Below are positions 44,570-54,593 of a DNA stretch of 61,725 nt, piece after piece. The DNA is from an uncultured Eubacteriales bacterium (GTDB lineage Bacteria > Bacillota > Clostridia > Oscillospirales > Butyricicoccaceae). A program made the position numbers and the translations under genes. Location of the stretch: assembly GCA_934636325.1 (NCBI GenBank), contig CAKUAK010000033.1:1-61725 (forward strand), in the 5' to 3' direction. Below the pieces are notes generated by a model. The model ran no database searches. It saw only the letters and a program-made list of their open reading frames with translations, and had not been told where the DNA came from. Position 1 is the first letter of the stretch; each line of letters begins with the position of its first letter.

Positions 44570-45637
44570 ATGAAGATACTTGTTGCCATGAGCGGCGGCG
44601 TCGATTCGAGCGTCGCCGCAAAGCTGCTGACCGATCAGGGAAACGAATGTATCGGCTGCACCATGAAGCTCTATAATAACGAAGATGTCGGAATACCCCG
44701 ATCCCACACCTGCTGTTCCCTTGAGGACGTCGAGGACGCGCGCCGGGTGGCCTGGGATCTGGGCATGGAATATTTTGTTTTCAATTTTTCATACGATTTC
44801 CGCGAAAAGGTCATCGACAAGTTTGTCGACAGCTATTGCCGCGGCCTTACCCCAAACCCCTGCATCGACTGCAACCGGTATATGAAGTTCGAAAAGCTCT
44901 TTGACCGCGCCGATATACTTGAATGCAGCCATATCGCCACCGGTCATTACGCCCGGATAAGCTATGAAAACGGGCGTTATTGCCTGAAAAAAGCTCTGGA
45001 CCCATCGAAGGACCAGAGCTATGTTCTCTATTCCATGACCCAGGAGCAGCTTTCAAGGACGCTGTTTCCCCTCGGCGAGCTCTGCAAGACAGAGACGCGC
45101 GCCATCGCGTCGAGCGGCAGCTTTATAAATGCCGACAAACCAGACAGCCAGGATATCTGCTTCGTCCCCGACGGCGACCATGCGGCGGCCATCGAGCGTT
45201 TTCTCGGCCATCCCGCCCCTGAGGGGGATTATATCTCGCCCGACGGAGAGATCCTCGGACGCCATCGCGGCATAATACGCTGCACCATCGGGCAGCACCG
45301 CGGCCTTGGGATAGATCTGCCGGGAAAGCGGTATGTCTGCCGTATCTGCGCCCGCGACAACACGGTTACCCTCGGCACGGCCGACGATCTTTACGGCAGC
45401 CGCGCCGTCTTATCCGACGTCAACTGGATATCGGGCGTCGCGCCGGAAGGTCCGATCAAATGCCGCGTCAAAATACGCTATCGCCAGCCCGAACAGCCGG
45501 CCGCCGTTATCCCCACGGGAAAGGACACGGCGGAGATCATATTCGACCAGCCCCAGCGGGCCGTAACGCCCGGACAGGCCGCGGTATTTTATGACGGAGA
45601 CTATGTCCTCGGCGGCGGGGTTATAGATCCTCAATGA
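44570..45637 (+). CDS. mnmA: tRNA 2-thiouridine(34) synthase
   Basis: MKILVAMSGGVDSSVAA PP-loop. Conserved Cys in the CxxxNPC region (TPNPCIDCN). Confidence 0.93.
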   Translation: MKILVAMSGGVDSSVAAKLLTDQGNECIGCTMKLYNNEDVGIPRSHTCCSLEDVEDARRVAWDLGMEYFVFNFSYDFREKVIDKFVDSYCRGLTPNPCIDCNRYMKFEKLFDRADILECSHIATGHYARISYENGRYCLKKALDPSKDQSYVLYSMTQEQLSRTLFPLGELCKTETRAIASSGSFINADKPDSQDICFVPDGDHAAAIERFLGHPAPEGDYISPDGEILGRHRGIIRCTIGQHRGLGIDLPGKRYVCRICARDNTVTLGTADDLYGSRAVLSDVNWISGVAPEGPIKCRVKIRYRQPEQPAAVIPTGKDTAEIIFDQPQRAVTPGQAAVFYDGDYVLGGGVIDPQ

Positions 45638-46037
45638 CATCCGCGGTCAGATCGGCCAGAGTCATGCCGGAAAAATATTCGCGGGTCATATCGTAAAACC
45701 CCTTCCATACAGGCAGCGTGCGGCAGCCTTCGGCGCGCTCGCACCTTTCGGCGTCCTTCTGTAGGCAGGCCACGGGAGCAAGGTCGCCCTCGGCACATTC
45801 GAGTATCTCCCAGAGAGTATATTCGCCGGGTGCGCGGGTCAGCCTGTATCCCCCGCCCGCGCCATGGCAGCTTTCGACCAGCTTGGCCGTGCGGAGCGCC
45901 GGCATCAGACGTTCGATATATTTGAGCGATATCCCCTGTCTTTTGGCCACATCACGCATGGGCACATACCCGGTCGATGAGTTGCATGCGATATCGAGCA
46001 TTATTCGAAGTGAATATCTTCCTCTTGTAGAGATCAT
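45621..46037 (-). CDS. Rrf2 family transcriptional regulator (IscR/CymR-like, Cys-ligand bearing)
   Basis: MISTRGRYSLRIMLDIA winged-helix N-terminus and a C-x6-C-x5-C cluster (CLQKDAERCERAEGC). Its 3' end overlaps mnmA's convergently by 17 nt. Confidence 0.88.
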   Translation of the reverse strand: MISTRGRYSLRIMLDIACNSSTGYVPMRDVAKRQGISLKYIERLMPALRTAKLVESCHGAGGGYRLTRAPGEYTLWEILECAEGDLAPVACLQKDAERCERAEGCRTLPVWKGFYDMTREYFSGMTLADLTADVIEDL

Positions 46038-46077
46038 TTTCTCCCCCCAAAGATCTAATTCTTTTTATTACATAAAT

Positions 46078-46106
46078 ATTATACAACAAAAGTATACTAT
46101 AAGCAA
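46078..46106 (-). promoter_or_regulatory. sigma-A type promoter for the Rrf2 regulator gene
   Basis: Minus strand: TTGCTT (46101-46106), 17 nt, TATAAT (46078-46083). The spacer contains the palindrome AGTATACT. Confidence 0.5.
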
Positions 46107-46130
46107 ATGGATTTTCTCTTTTGAGATAAC

Positions 46131-46169
46131 AAATATCCCTGCCCCATGAAATAAAGGGCAGGGATATTT
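46131..46169. terminator. hairpin terminator after polC (bidirectional geometry)
   Basis: Perfect 14-bp stem AAATATCCCTGCCC / GGGCAGGGATATTT with T-run and A-run flanks. Confidence 0.55.
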
Positions 46170-46171
46170 TT

Positions 46172-49100
46172 TTACATGGCTTCAAAAAGGCTGAGCTGAT
46201 TGGTCTTTGGTATGCCGGCAAGCGCACCTGCGGCGTCAAGGGTCTCGGCGACAGCCTTCGAGACCTTTCCGCAGCGGGATATCATCTCTTCGACCGACAT
46301 GAACTTGCCGTTGACACGCTCGTCGACGATGGCCTGTGCCGCGGCCTCGCCGACGCCGGGCAGCGATGTAAACGGAGGAATAAGGGTATTGCCCTCTATC
46401 CTGAAGCGCTTGACGTCGGAATTATATACGTCAACCGGGGTGAAGCTGAAGCCCCGCTTATAGAACTCGTGGCATATCTCGAGGGTACTCATGGTGTCAT
46501 CCTCGACAGCCGAGCGCTTGGGCTGCGCCTTGAGCTCGCGGTACTTTTTGCAGACCAACTGGTCGCCCTTTGTCATGAGGTTGGCATCAAAGCCGCCGGC
46601 CCTTATGGTGAAATAGGCGGCGTAGAAATCAAGCGGACGATGGACCTTGAACCATGCGATCCTGAAGGCCATCATGACATAGGCGACGGCATGGGCCCTG
46701 GGGAACATATACTCGATCTTATTGCACGATTCGATATACCAATCGGGGATATTCTTTTCGCGCATCTCGTCTTCCCATTCCGGCTTGAGTCCCCTGCCCT
46801 TTCGGACGCTTTCCGACATATTGAAGGCCTTCGACGGCTCGATCCCCATCTTGATAAGATAGAGGGTGATGTCGTCGCGGACGCATATTACGTCGTTCAG
46901 GGTGGCTATGCCCTTGAGGATATAATCCTGAGCGTTGTTTCGCCAGACGTTGGTGCCGTGGGACAGGCCGGAAATACGAAGCAGACCGTCGAAGGTGACC
47001 GGCTGTGTTTCGATAAGCATCCCGCGGACGTTCTTCGTTCCGAACTCGGGTATGGCGGCGGCGCCGGTCTGTTCGAGGATATCATCCTCCTCTATGCCCA
47101 GCGGAGCTATGCTCGTGAATATGCCCATCGTCTCTTTATCGTCGAGGGGCAGCTTTTTGGTGTCGAGGCCCGAAAGGTCCTCGAGCATCCTTATCATGGT
47201 CGGATCATCGTGGCCCAGAAGGTCGAGCTTGAGAAGGTTATCGTGGATCGAATGGTAATCGAAGTGGGTCGTGATTATATTCGACGTCGTATCGTCGGCC
47301 GGATGCTGCACCGGCGTGAACTCGTGTATGTTCCTGTCCCGCGGCAGGACGATAAGGCCGCCGGGATGCTGTCCGGTCGTCCTCTTGATGCCGGTGCACC
47401 CGGCGACGAGGCGGTTGATCTCGGCCGTATTGAGCACCATGCCCTTTTCTTCAAGATATTTTTTGACGAAGCCATAGGCCGTCTTGGATTTGACCGTGCC
47501 TATCGTTCCGGCGCGGAAAACATTTTCTTCGCCGAAAAGGTTTATCGTCTCGCGATGGGCCTGGGACTGGTACTCGCCCGAGAAATTGAGGTCGATATCG
47601 GGGGTCTTGTCACCCTTGAAGCCCATGAATGTGGCAAAGGGTATGTCGAACCCGTCCTTGTCCATCTTATGGCCGCATATGGGGCAGTCCCTGTCGGGCA
47701 GATCGACGCCGGTGCGGTAATCCCCCTCGATGTCAAAGATGCTGTGGCGGCAGTTGGGGCAGCGATAATGGGGCGGCAGGGCGTTGACCTCTGTTATGCC
47801 TGTGAAATAGGCCACCACCGAAGAGCCGACCGATCCCCTCGAACCGACAAGATATCCGGCCTCGAGGGATTTCTGAACCAGCTTCTGGGCGATGATATAC
47901 ATGATGTCATAGCCGTGGCCGATTATCGAATTGAGCTCCATTTCGAGCCTGTCGCGGACGATCGGCGGCAGCTCGTCGCCGTAAAGCTCGGCCGCGCGGG
48001 TGCGGGCCAGCGAGTTTATCTCTTCGGCCGAATTGGCGATCGACGGAGGATATGTGCCGTCCTTGACCGGCGTGACCTCCTCGCACATATCGGCGATCAT
48101 GTTGGGGTTCTTTATGACGACGTCATAGGCCGTTTCGCGGCCGAGATAAGAGAACTCTTCAAGCATCTCGTCGGTCGTCTTGAAATAGAGCGGCGCCTGC
48201 TCCGAGGCATCCTCGAAGCCCATACCGGTCATGATTATCTCGCGGTATACCGAATCCTCTGGGTCTATGAAATGGACGTCGCCGGTGGCGCAGACAGGCT
48301 TGCCGAGGCTCTTGCCCAGCTTGACTATCGTGCGGTTGAAATCACGCAGCTGCTCGACATCCTTGGCCAAGCCGTTTCTGACCATGAACATGTTGTTGCC
48401 GATCGGCTGTATTTCGAGAAAATCAAATATCTTTGCAATGGCGACAAGCTCACTCCAGGGCCTGCCCTGGGCCACCGCCGAAAAGAGCTCTCCGGCCTCG
48501 CAGGCCGAGCCGAGTATGAGCCCCTCGCGCTTTTCGAGGAGCATGCTGAGGGGTATCAGCGGGTGACGCTTGAAATACTTCAGATGGGAGGCCGATATCA
48601 TCTCATAAAGATTGCGCAGACCCTTCTGATCCTTTACAAGTATCAGAAGATGATATGATCTGCCCTTGGGTGCACTGTCGCCGTGGCCCTCGCTCAAGGC
48701 CCGCATATTGTCGTTGAGCTCCGACAGCTTTGTCGAGATGCCCTTGGCCTTTATCAGCTTGATGAGCTCGAAGAATATCTTTGCCAGCACGCCGGTATCA
48801 TCGTCGGCACGATGGTGGTTGAAGGTAAAATGGAACTCTGCCGCAAGGTCGTTGAGCCTGTGCTTCTTCATATTTGGCAGCAGGGCGCGTGACAGCTCGA
48901 CGGTATCTATCGAGCAGAACTGACGCTCTATGCCCATGTCGAGGCAGGCTTTTTTTATAAACGACATATCGAAATCGGCGTTATGGGCACACATTGGCCT
49001 GTCGCCGCAGAACTCGAGGAAGCCGGGCAGAAGGTCGGCTATCGCCGGTGCATCGGCGACCATGTCGTTGGTTATGCCGGTCAGTGAGGTTATCTCGTAA

Positions 49101-50500
49101 GGTATCGAAGCCTTCGGCTTGACGTATGTATGATAAGAGTCGACTATCTCTCCCGCCCTGACCTTGCAGGCGGCGATCTCTATTATCTCGCATCTGACCG
49201 GGCTGAGCCCTGTCGTTTCAAGGTCGAAAACAATTATCTCGTCATCAAGGTCGGCTTCGGAAAGGCCCTTGACTATGCCTCCCGCGATATCGTTGACGCA
49301 ATAAGCCTCGAGACCATAGATTATCTTTATCTCCTTGCCGTCCTTTTTAAGGGCGCGGGCGGCATTCATGGCGTCGGGGAAGGCCTGCGCCACGCCGTGA
49401 TCGGTTATGGCTATCGCCTTATGGCCCATGCTCTGGGCCAGCGCCACGACCTTCTTGGTGTCGCACAGCCCGTCCATTGCCGACATTACGGTGTGAAGAT
49501 GCAGCTCTACCCTCTTTTCGTGGGCGTTGTCGGCCCGCGTATGGGGCTTGTCCTTGATTATGGCAAAGGGTGTTATGACATTGTCGTTATCGAACTTATC
49601 AAAGCTCAGCCGCCCCTGAACGACGACGGCCTTGCCGATCTTTATATTATCCTTAAAGGGCTGCACCTCGTCGTCGAGCAGCAGCTTTTTGACCTTTACA
49701 GATCCCGTGCCGTCGGTCATCTCGAAGGATACCACAGTCTTGCCCTTGCCGTTGAGCTTGCGCAGATCGGTGGAGAATATCTCGCCGTAAACGGCGACCT
49801 TGTCGTTGTCGAGGGTCAGGTCGGCGATCTTGTTGAGCTCGCGCCTGACCGGCTTGCCGTAAATTATTTTGTCCTCGTCGACCGGCGGGATGTATGTCTC
49901 CCCCTTGGGCGCGGAGGGGCGGCGCTGGAACTGGCGCTGCCCGCCGCTCTGCGGACGCGGCGCGGGACGCTCGGAAGGCTCGGGCATGGGCGGGCGCTCG
50001 GAGACTATGCGCTCCATATCCTGCCGGCGGCGCTCTTCAAAAGAGACCTCCTGCTTGTGCTTTGCTATATTGATCGGCTTTCGTCCCATATCCAGACCGG
50101 CGCAGACATCGTCGATGGCGGCACGCAGATCCTCCTCGCGGCAGGCCCAATCCTCCGGCATGCCGAAGGATATGACCGCGCCGTCAAAAGAAAATGTGTC
50201 AGGCTCTATTGCCTTTAAAAGGGCCGGATATTTCTCTTTGAGCTTGCCCATTACAAGCTCGGCCGGGGATCTGTTCTCGCCCTCGGCTATCCTCATAAGA
50301 AGTCCTTCTATGCCGTATGCCTCCGATATTGCGGCAGAGGCGGCTGCGATATCCTCACCCGATGCCGAGCAGGTGTGGTCAAGAAGCACCTCGACCATAC
50401 CGCTGGCCGAGGATATGCTCATTTCTTCTATACAGACGTCAAAAACGGCCGAACCATTGTCGGCCTCTTTGAATACATCCCTCAGCATTGCGGGACTCAT
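46172..50500 (-). CDS. polC: DNA polymerase III alpha subunit, PolC type
   Basis: 1442 aa. PHP motif (ELHLHT), inserted 3'-5' exonuclease (VFDLETTGL, HNADFD) and a zinc finger (CPNCRH..CPICGH). Confidence 0.97.
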   Translation of the reverse strand: MSPAMLRDVFKEADNGSAVFDVCIEEMSISSASGMVEVLLDHTCSASGEDIAAASAAISEAYGIEGLLMRIAEGENRSPAELVMGKLKEKYPALLKAIEPDTFSFDGAVISFGMPEDWACREEDLRAAIDDVCAGLDMGRKPINIAKHKQEVSFEERRRQDMERIVSERPPMPEPSERPAPRPQSGGQRQFQRRPSAPKGETYIPPVDEDKIIYGKPVRRELNKIADLTLDNDKVAVYGEIFSTDLRKLNGKGKTVVSFEMTDGTGSVKVKKLLLDDEVQPFKDNIKIGKAVVVQGRLSFDKFDNDNVITPFAIIKDKPHTRADNAHEKRVELHLHTVMSAMDGLCDTKKVVALAQSMGHKAIAITDHGVAQAFPDAMNAARALKKDGKEIKIIYGLEAYCVNDIAGGIVKGLSEADLDDEIIVFDLETTGLSPVRCEIIEIAACKVRAGEIVDSYHTYVKPKASIPYEITSLTGITNDMVADAPAIADLLPGFLEFCGDRPMCAHNADFDMSFIKKACLDMGIERQFCSIDTVELSRALLPNMKKHRLNDLAAEFHFTFNHHRADDDTGVLAKIFFELIKLIKAKGISTKLSELNDNMRALSEGHGDSAPKGRSYHLLILVKDQKGLRNLYEMISASHLKYFKRHPLIPLSMLLEKREGLILGSACEAGELFSAVAQGRPWSELVAIAKIFDFLEIQPIGNNMFMVRNGLAKDVEQLRDFNRTIVKLGKSLGKPVCATGDVHFIDPEDSVYREIIMTGMGFEDASEQAPLYFKTTDEMLEEFSYLGRETAYDVVIKNPNMIADMCEEVTPVKDGTYPPSIANSAEEINSLARTRAAELYGDELPPIVRDRLEMELNSIIGHGYDIMYIIAQKLVQKSLEAGYLVGSRGSVGSSVVAYFTGITEVNALPPHYRCPNCRHSIFDIEGDYRTGVDLPDRDCPICGHKMDKDGFDIPFATFMGFKGDKTPDIDLNFSGEYQSQAHRETINLFGEENVFRAGTIGTVKSKTAYGFVKKYLEEKGMVLNTAEINRLVAGCTGIKRTTGQHPGGLIVLPRDRNIHEFTPVQHPADDTTSNIITTHFDYHSIHDNLLKLDLLGHDDPTMIRMLEDLSGLDTKKLPLDDKETMGIFTSIAPLGIEEDDILEQTGAAAIPEFGTKNVRGMLIETQPVTFDGLLRISGLSHGTNVWRNNAQDYILKGIATLNDVICVRDDITLYLIKMGIEPSKAFNMSESVRKGRGLKPEWEDEMREKNIPDWYIESCNKIEYMFPRAHAVAYVMMAFRIAWFKVHRPLDFYAAYFTIRAGGFDANLMTKGDQLVCKKYRELKAQPKRSAVEDDTMSTLEICHEFYKRGFSFTPVDVYNSDVKRFRIEGNTLIPPFTSLPGVGEAAAQAIVDERVNGKFMSVEEMISRCGKVSKAVAETLDAAGALAGIPKTNQLSLFEAM

Positions 50501-51555
50501 ATTTTTTCTCCAGTCATCTTCTCGATCTCTGCTATAAGCTCGTCGGCAAGGCGGTCTTCGGGGACCTTTCTGAGTATCTCACCCTTTTTGATGATAAGCC
50601 CCTCTCCCTTGCCGCAGGCAATGCCGATATCGGCCTCCCGGGCCTCCCCCGGGCCGTTGACGGGGCATCCCATAACGGCGACCGTCAGGCGCGACTTGAC
50701 ATTTTTAAGCCTGCGCTCGACCTCGGAGGCGATGGAAATAAGGTCGACCTGGGTCCTGCCGCATGTCGGGCATGAAACGATGGTGACCCCGTCGGGGTTC
50801 ATGCCGAGGGCTTTGAGGATGTCATGGGCGGCATATACCTCGTTGACCGGATCGTCGGTCAGCGACACACGGATGGTATCGCCGATACCGTCACAGAGCA
50901 GTGCGCCGAAGGCCGCCGCCGACTTTATCGTTCCCATATACCTCGATCCCGCCTCTGTGACGCCGAGATGCATGGGGTAATCACATTCTCCGGCCAGCAG
51001 ACGGTAAGCCTCTATGGTCGAAAAGACGTTAGAGGATTTGAGCGAAACGCAGATATCGTCAAAGCCGAACTCGTTGAGGGCTTCGATATTGCGCACAGCG
51101 CTGCGGTAGAGCGTAAAGGGGGTGACGCCGTATTCCTCACGCAGATCTTTGTCGACCGAACCGGAATTGACCCCTATCCTTATGGGTATGCCGCAGGCCC
51201 TGCTGGCGTCGGCTACCTCTTTGATCTTCCATTTTTCGCCGATATTGCCCGGGTTGATCCTGATCTTGTCGACACCTGAGCGGCAGGCCTCGAGAGCCAG
51301 CCTGTAGTCGAAATGTATGTCGGCGACAAGGGGCAGCTCGGTCCTCTTTTTGATCTCTGCGATGGCCTTCGCCGCCTCCATGTCGGGCACGGCCAGCCGG
51401 GCGATCTGGCACCCGGCCTCGTTTAAGCGAGCCAGCTGCGCGGCCGTCGCCTCGACATCGCGTGTATCGGTGTTGCACATCGACTGCACCGCCAGCGGCC
51501 TGCCGCCGCCGATGGTGACCGATCCTATTTTAAGTTCTTTTGATCTTCTTTTCAT
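50497..51555 (-). CDS. ispG: 4-hydroxy-3-methylbut-2-enyl diphosphate synthase
   Basis: RRSKELKIGSVTIGG N-terminus and C-terminal Fe-S ligands (SCPTCGR ... VMGCPVNGPGE). ATG at 51555 is preferred over the track's TTG at 51570. Confidence 0.93.
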   Translation of the reverse strand: MKRRSKELKIGSVTIGGGRPLAVQSMCNTDTRDVEATAAQLARLNEAGCQIARLAVPDMEAAKAIAEIKKRTELPLVADIHFDYRLALEACRSGVDKIRINPGNIGEKWKIKEVADASRACGIPIRIGVNSGSVDKDLREEYGVTPFTLYRSAVRNIEALNEFGFDDICVSLKSSNVFSTIEAYRLLAGECDYPMHLGVTEAGSRYMGTIKSAAAFGALLCDGIGDTIRVSLTDDPVNEVYAAHDILKALGMNPDGVTIVSCPTCGRTQVDLISIASEVERRLKNVKSRLTVAVMGCPVNGPGEAREADIGIACGKGEGLIIKKGEILRKVPEDRLADELIAEIEKMTGEKI

Positions 51556-51559
51556 ATCA

Positions 51560-52603
51560 TCATCCCGCAATCAATCTTGCAATATCATTATAGGTTACAA
51601 AAGCAAACAGAATAAGTACCAGGCCCAGCCCGGCATAGGATATATAATTTTCGATCTTCGGATCGAGAGGCTTTCTTCTTATAAGCTCTATTATCATAAG
51701 CAGCAGCTTGCCGCCGTCGAGCCCCGGCACGGGAAGCATATTGACAAACGACAGGTTGACGGCAATATATGCGACAAAATACCACATCTCGGTCATCGAC
51801 TGCCCGGCGCGCTCGCTTATCTCGTTGGCTATGCCCACCGTACCCATAAGGTCAGAGGTCTTTGCCCGGCCGGTTATCAGCATGCCTAGGCTCTTGTATG
51901 CCGACTGGAAAAAGCTGAGGGCATTATCGAAGGCATAGCTCAGCTTGCCAATGCCCTTTATCTCTTCATAACCGAAATTGAGGCCGAAGCGCAGCCTGCC
52001 GGTGCCGTCGTAATCCTTCGGTTCGAGTTCGAGATCGCTCAGCACGATCTTTTCTCTGCCGCGGCGCACCGTTATATCGTAGGGCTGACCTGTGCCGAGC
52101 TGAAGGGCGGTCACGACGTCATTATAGACAAAAATGTGGAAGCCGTTGATATCTACGATCTCGTCACCCTCCTGAAGGGTACCTTCCAGCGGGAAGCCTT
52201 CGGCAAAGCCGGTCAGAACGGGCTGTGCCACAGAGCTGGCCGGAATGAGGATGAACATGATTATGACTATGCCGCAAAGGAAGTTCATCAGCGATCCGGC
52301 TATTATGACGGCAAATCGTCCCAGCCAGGGCGCCTCCTGAAAGCTGCCCTCCGACGTCCATTCGGCGGGGTCGATATCCTCGGGCGGGTCCTCTCCGGCA
52401 TCCTTGAGCATGACGGCCCCGCCCACCGGCAGGAGCCTTATTGCATAGAGGGTCTCGCCCAGCTTCTTTTTGATAAGCGCCGGGCCGAAGCCGATATTGA
52501 ATTGATAGACAGTTATACCGGCTAACTTGGCGGCCGTAAAATGTCCCAGCTCATGCACAAAGATTATGAGCCCGAAAACCAATATCGCATAAATAACTGT
52601 CAT
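51560..52603 (-). CDS. rseP: RIP metalloprotease RseP/RasP (M50 with PDZ)
   Basis: HELGHF in TM1, a central PDZ, and C-terminal NMLPVPGLDGG. Confidence 0.93.
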   Translation of the reverse strand: MTVIYAILVFGLIIFVHELGHFTAAKLAGITVYQFNIGFGPALIKKKLGETLYAIRLLPVGGAVMLKDAGEDPPEDIDPAEWTSEGSFQEAPWLGRFAVIIAGSLMNFLCGIVIIMFILIPASSVAQPVLTGFAEGFPLEGTLQEGDEIVDINGFHIFVYNDVVTALQLGTGQPYDITVRRGREKIVLSDLELEPKDYDGTGRLRFGLNFGYEEIKGIGKLSYAFDNALSFFQSAYKSLGMLITGRAKTSDLMGTVGIANEISERAGQSMTEMWYFVAYIAVNLSFVNMLPVPGLDGGKLLLMIIELIRRKPLDPKIENYISYAGLGLVLILFAFVTYNDIARLIAG

Positions 52604-52625
52604 CTGATCTCCTTTCGATCAACGA

Positions 52626-53765
52626 TCAAAGCGCGGCCGATACGGCCCTTCTGGCCTCGGCATCGCTTTCAAACACTTCATCAACAGACGGTTTTGTTGT
52701 AAAGCCTACACGCTTTACAGCATTCTCCACAAGCCTGTAAATATCCAGGAAGCCTATGCGGCCATCAAGAAATGCCGCGACGGCGGCCTCGTTTGCTCCG
52801 TTAATGACCGCGCCCATATTTCCCCCACGCTTTGAGGCCTCTTCACAGAGGGCCAGCGCCGGGAAATTATGCCTGTCGGGCTGAAAAAAGGACAGAGAGC
52901 CGAGGCTGAAGATATCAAGGGTCTCAAAGGGGTTGACCGTCCTCTCGGGATATTCGACGGCATACTGGATCGGCAGACGCATGTCGGCATTACCCATCTG
53001 GGCGATGACCGAACCGTCGACAAATTTGACGGCCGAATGAAGTATGCTCTCGCGGTGAACGACGACGTCGATCCTATCGGCGGGAACGCCGAACAGCCAC
53101 GATGCCTCCATGACCTCGAAGCCCTTATTCATCATGGTCGCCGAGTCGATGGTTATCTTTTTGCCCATTTTCCATGTGGGGTGGCGCAGGGCATCGTCCA
53201 CCGTGACGCCGGCCAGCATCTTTTCATCCCAGCCGAAAAACGGCCCGCCGGAGGCCGTGAGGATAAGGCGGTCGACCTCGCTCGATCTGCCCGCGCGCAG
53301 GCACTGGAAGATGGCGCTGTGCTCGGAATCGACAGGCAGCACCTCGGCCTTATTGGATCTGGCCGCATCCATAACGATATGTCCGGCGCAGACAAGGGAC
53401 TCTTTGTTGGCCAGCGCCAGCCTTTTTCCCCCATTAAGCGCGGCAAGGCTGGGGCGCAGACCGGCAATGCCGGTCGCCGCATTGACGACGGTATCGGCAT
53501 CCTCATATGAAGCGGCATGAAGGACAGCCTCCTGCCCGCCGCCCACGATACAGCCTGTATCGGCGACGCGGGAGCGGAGCTCCGCGGCGGCATTTTCATC
53601 CATAAGGGCGTAATACTTCGGCTTCAGCACGCGGATCTGCTCTTCGGCAGCCTTTGCATTGCTTCCGCAGGCCATGGCCGTGACCCCATACCCCTTGGCA
53701 TAGGCAAGCTGCACCGTCTGGGTTCCCACAGAACCGGTACTACCAATTATAGAAAGTTTTTTCAT
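52626..53765 (-). CDS. dxr: 1-deoxy-D-xylulose 5-phosphate reductoisomerase
   Basis: GSTGSVG NADPH motif, and LANKESLV and DSEHSAIFQC motifs. Confidence 0.95.
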   Translation of the reverse strand: MKKLSIIGSTGSVGTQTVQLAYAKGYGVTAMACGSNAKAAEEQIRVLKPKYYALMDENAAAELRSRVADTGCIVGGGQEAVLHAASYEDADTVVNAATGIAGLRPSLAALNGGKRLALANKESLVCAGHIVMDAARSNKAEVLPVDSEHSAIFQCLRAGRSSEVDRLILTASGGPFFGWDEKMLAGVTVDDALRHPTWKMGKKITIDSATMMNKGFEVMEASWLFGVPADRIDVVVHRESILHSAVKFVDGSVIAQMGNADMRLPIQYAVEYPERTVNPFETLDIFSLGSLSFFQPDRHNFPALALCEEASKRGGNMGAVINGANEAAVAAFLDGRIGFLDIYRLVENAVKRVGFTTKPSVDEVFESDAEARRAVSAAL

Positions 53766-53768
53766 AAA

Positions 53769-54590
53769 TTATACTCCGATTATATTGACGGCTATAAGAT
53801 AAAGCTCAAAGAGCGGCGCCGTGAAGAGGATACTGTCGAATCTGTCGAGAACTCCGCCGTGGCCCGGGAATATCCTTCCGAAATCCTTGATGCCGACATT
53901 GCGTTTGATGAGCGACATCGAAAGGTCACCCAGCTGACCGGCGGCCGCGCCGAAAATACCCGCGATGAAGAGCGGAAGCACGCTGAAGCCGGTGTTAAAG
54001 AAGTGGTCCATGCAGAGACCGAAAATGACTATTCCGGCCGCGCCGCCCAAAAGGCCGCCTATCGAACCCTCTATGGTCTTTTTGGGGCTGACATGGGGGG
54101 CCAGCTTGTGCTTTCCGCAAAGCCTGCCGACGGCATATGCCAGCATATCGCTTACCCACGCGGCGATGCAGGGCATGAGTATATAATACTTTCCCAGCTC
54201 GCCCGCCCCCTCATATATCCTCAAAAGGGACGAAAGAAAATACGGAAGGACAAAGGCGCCCATAAAGGACATGGCCAGCTTATCGAAGGTGACCCGCTTA
54301 TAGTCAAAGATGCCCATTACAAAGGCCACGAACCCGAAGGCGAAAAGCACCAGTGTAAGAGAACCCTCTTTGGGCGCATAGGCCGTCAGATAGGGCACAA
54401 AGAAGGCCGCCGCACAGGATACATAGAGCAGCGGATGACCCTTGAGCTCCCCTGTCTCGCCGAGAAGCTCATATGCGGCGAGGGCCGACAGCAGACACAA
54501 TACCGCGGCAAGTACCCACGAGGGCAGAAAATAAAGAATAACTATTACTGCGGCTATGCCGACAACCGATGTTACAAGGCGAATGCCCAT
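53769..54590 (-). CDS. cdsA: phosphatidate cytidylyltransferase
   Basis: Polytopic protein with the C-terminal signature SLIKRNVGIKDFGRIFPGHGGVLDRFDS. Confidence 0.93.
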   Translation of the reverse strand: MGIRLVTSVVGIAAVIVILYFLPSWVLAAVLCLLSALAAYELLGETGELKGHPLLYVSCAAAFFVPYLTAYAPKEGSLTLVLFAFGFVAFVMGIFDYKRVTFDKLAMSFMGAFVLPYFLSSLLRIYEGAGELGKYYILMPCIAAWVSDMLAYAVGRLCGKHKLAPHVSPKKTIEGSIGGLLGGAAGIVIFGLCMDHFFNTGFSVLPLFIAGIFGAAAGQLGDLSMSLIKRNVGIKDFGRIFPGHGGVLDRFDSILFTAPLFELYLIAVNIIGV

Positions 54591-54593
54591 AGA

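Noticed and set aside
46469-48658. Very long ORFs antisense to bona fide genes: 729 aa opposite polC here; also 59526-61679 (717 aa, opposite uvrB), 53517-55325 (602 aa, opposite dxr/cdsA/uppS), 24723-26432 (569 aa, opposite rsmB), 11207-12652, 3806-5149, 28295-29674, 56858-58147 and 15514-16521.
   Set aside because: Each lies opposite a gene with unmistakable family motifs. Their translations are Arg/Gly/Ala/Asp-rich, low-complexity and motif-free, and they lack SD sequences. Stop-codon depletion on the antisense strand is expected from the GC-rich third-position bias of this genome.
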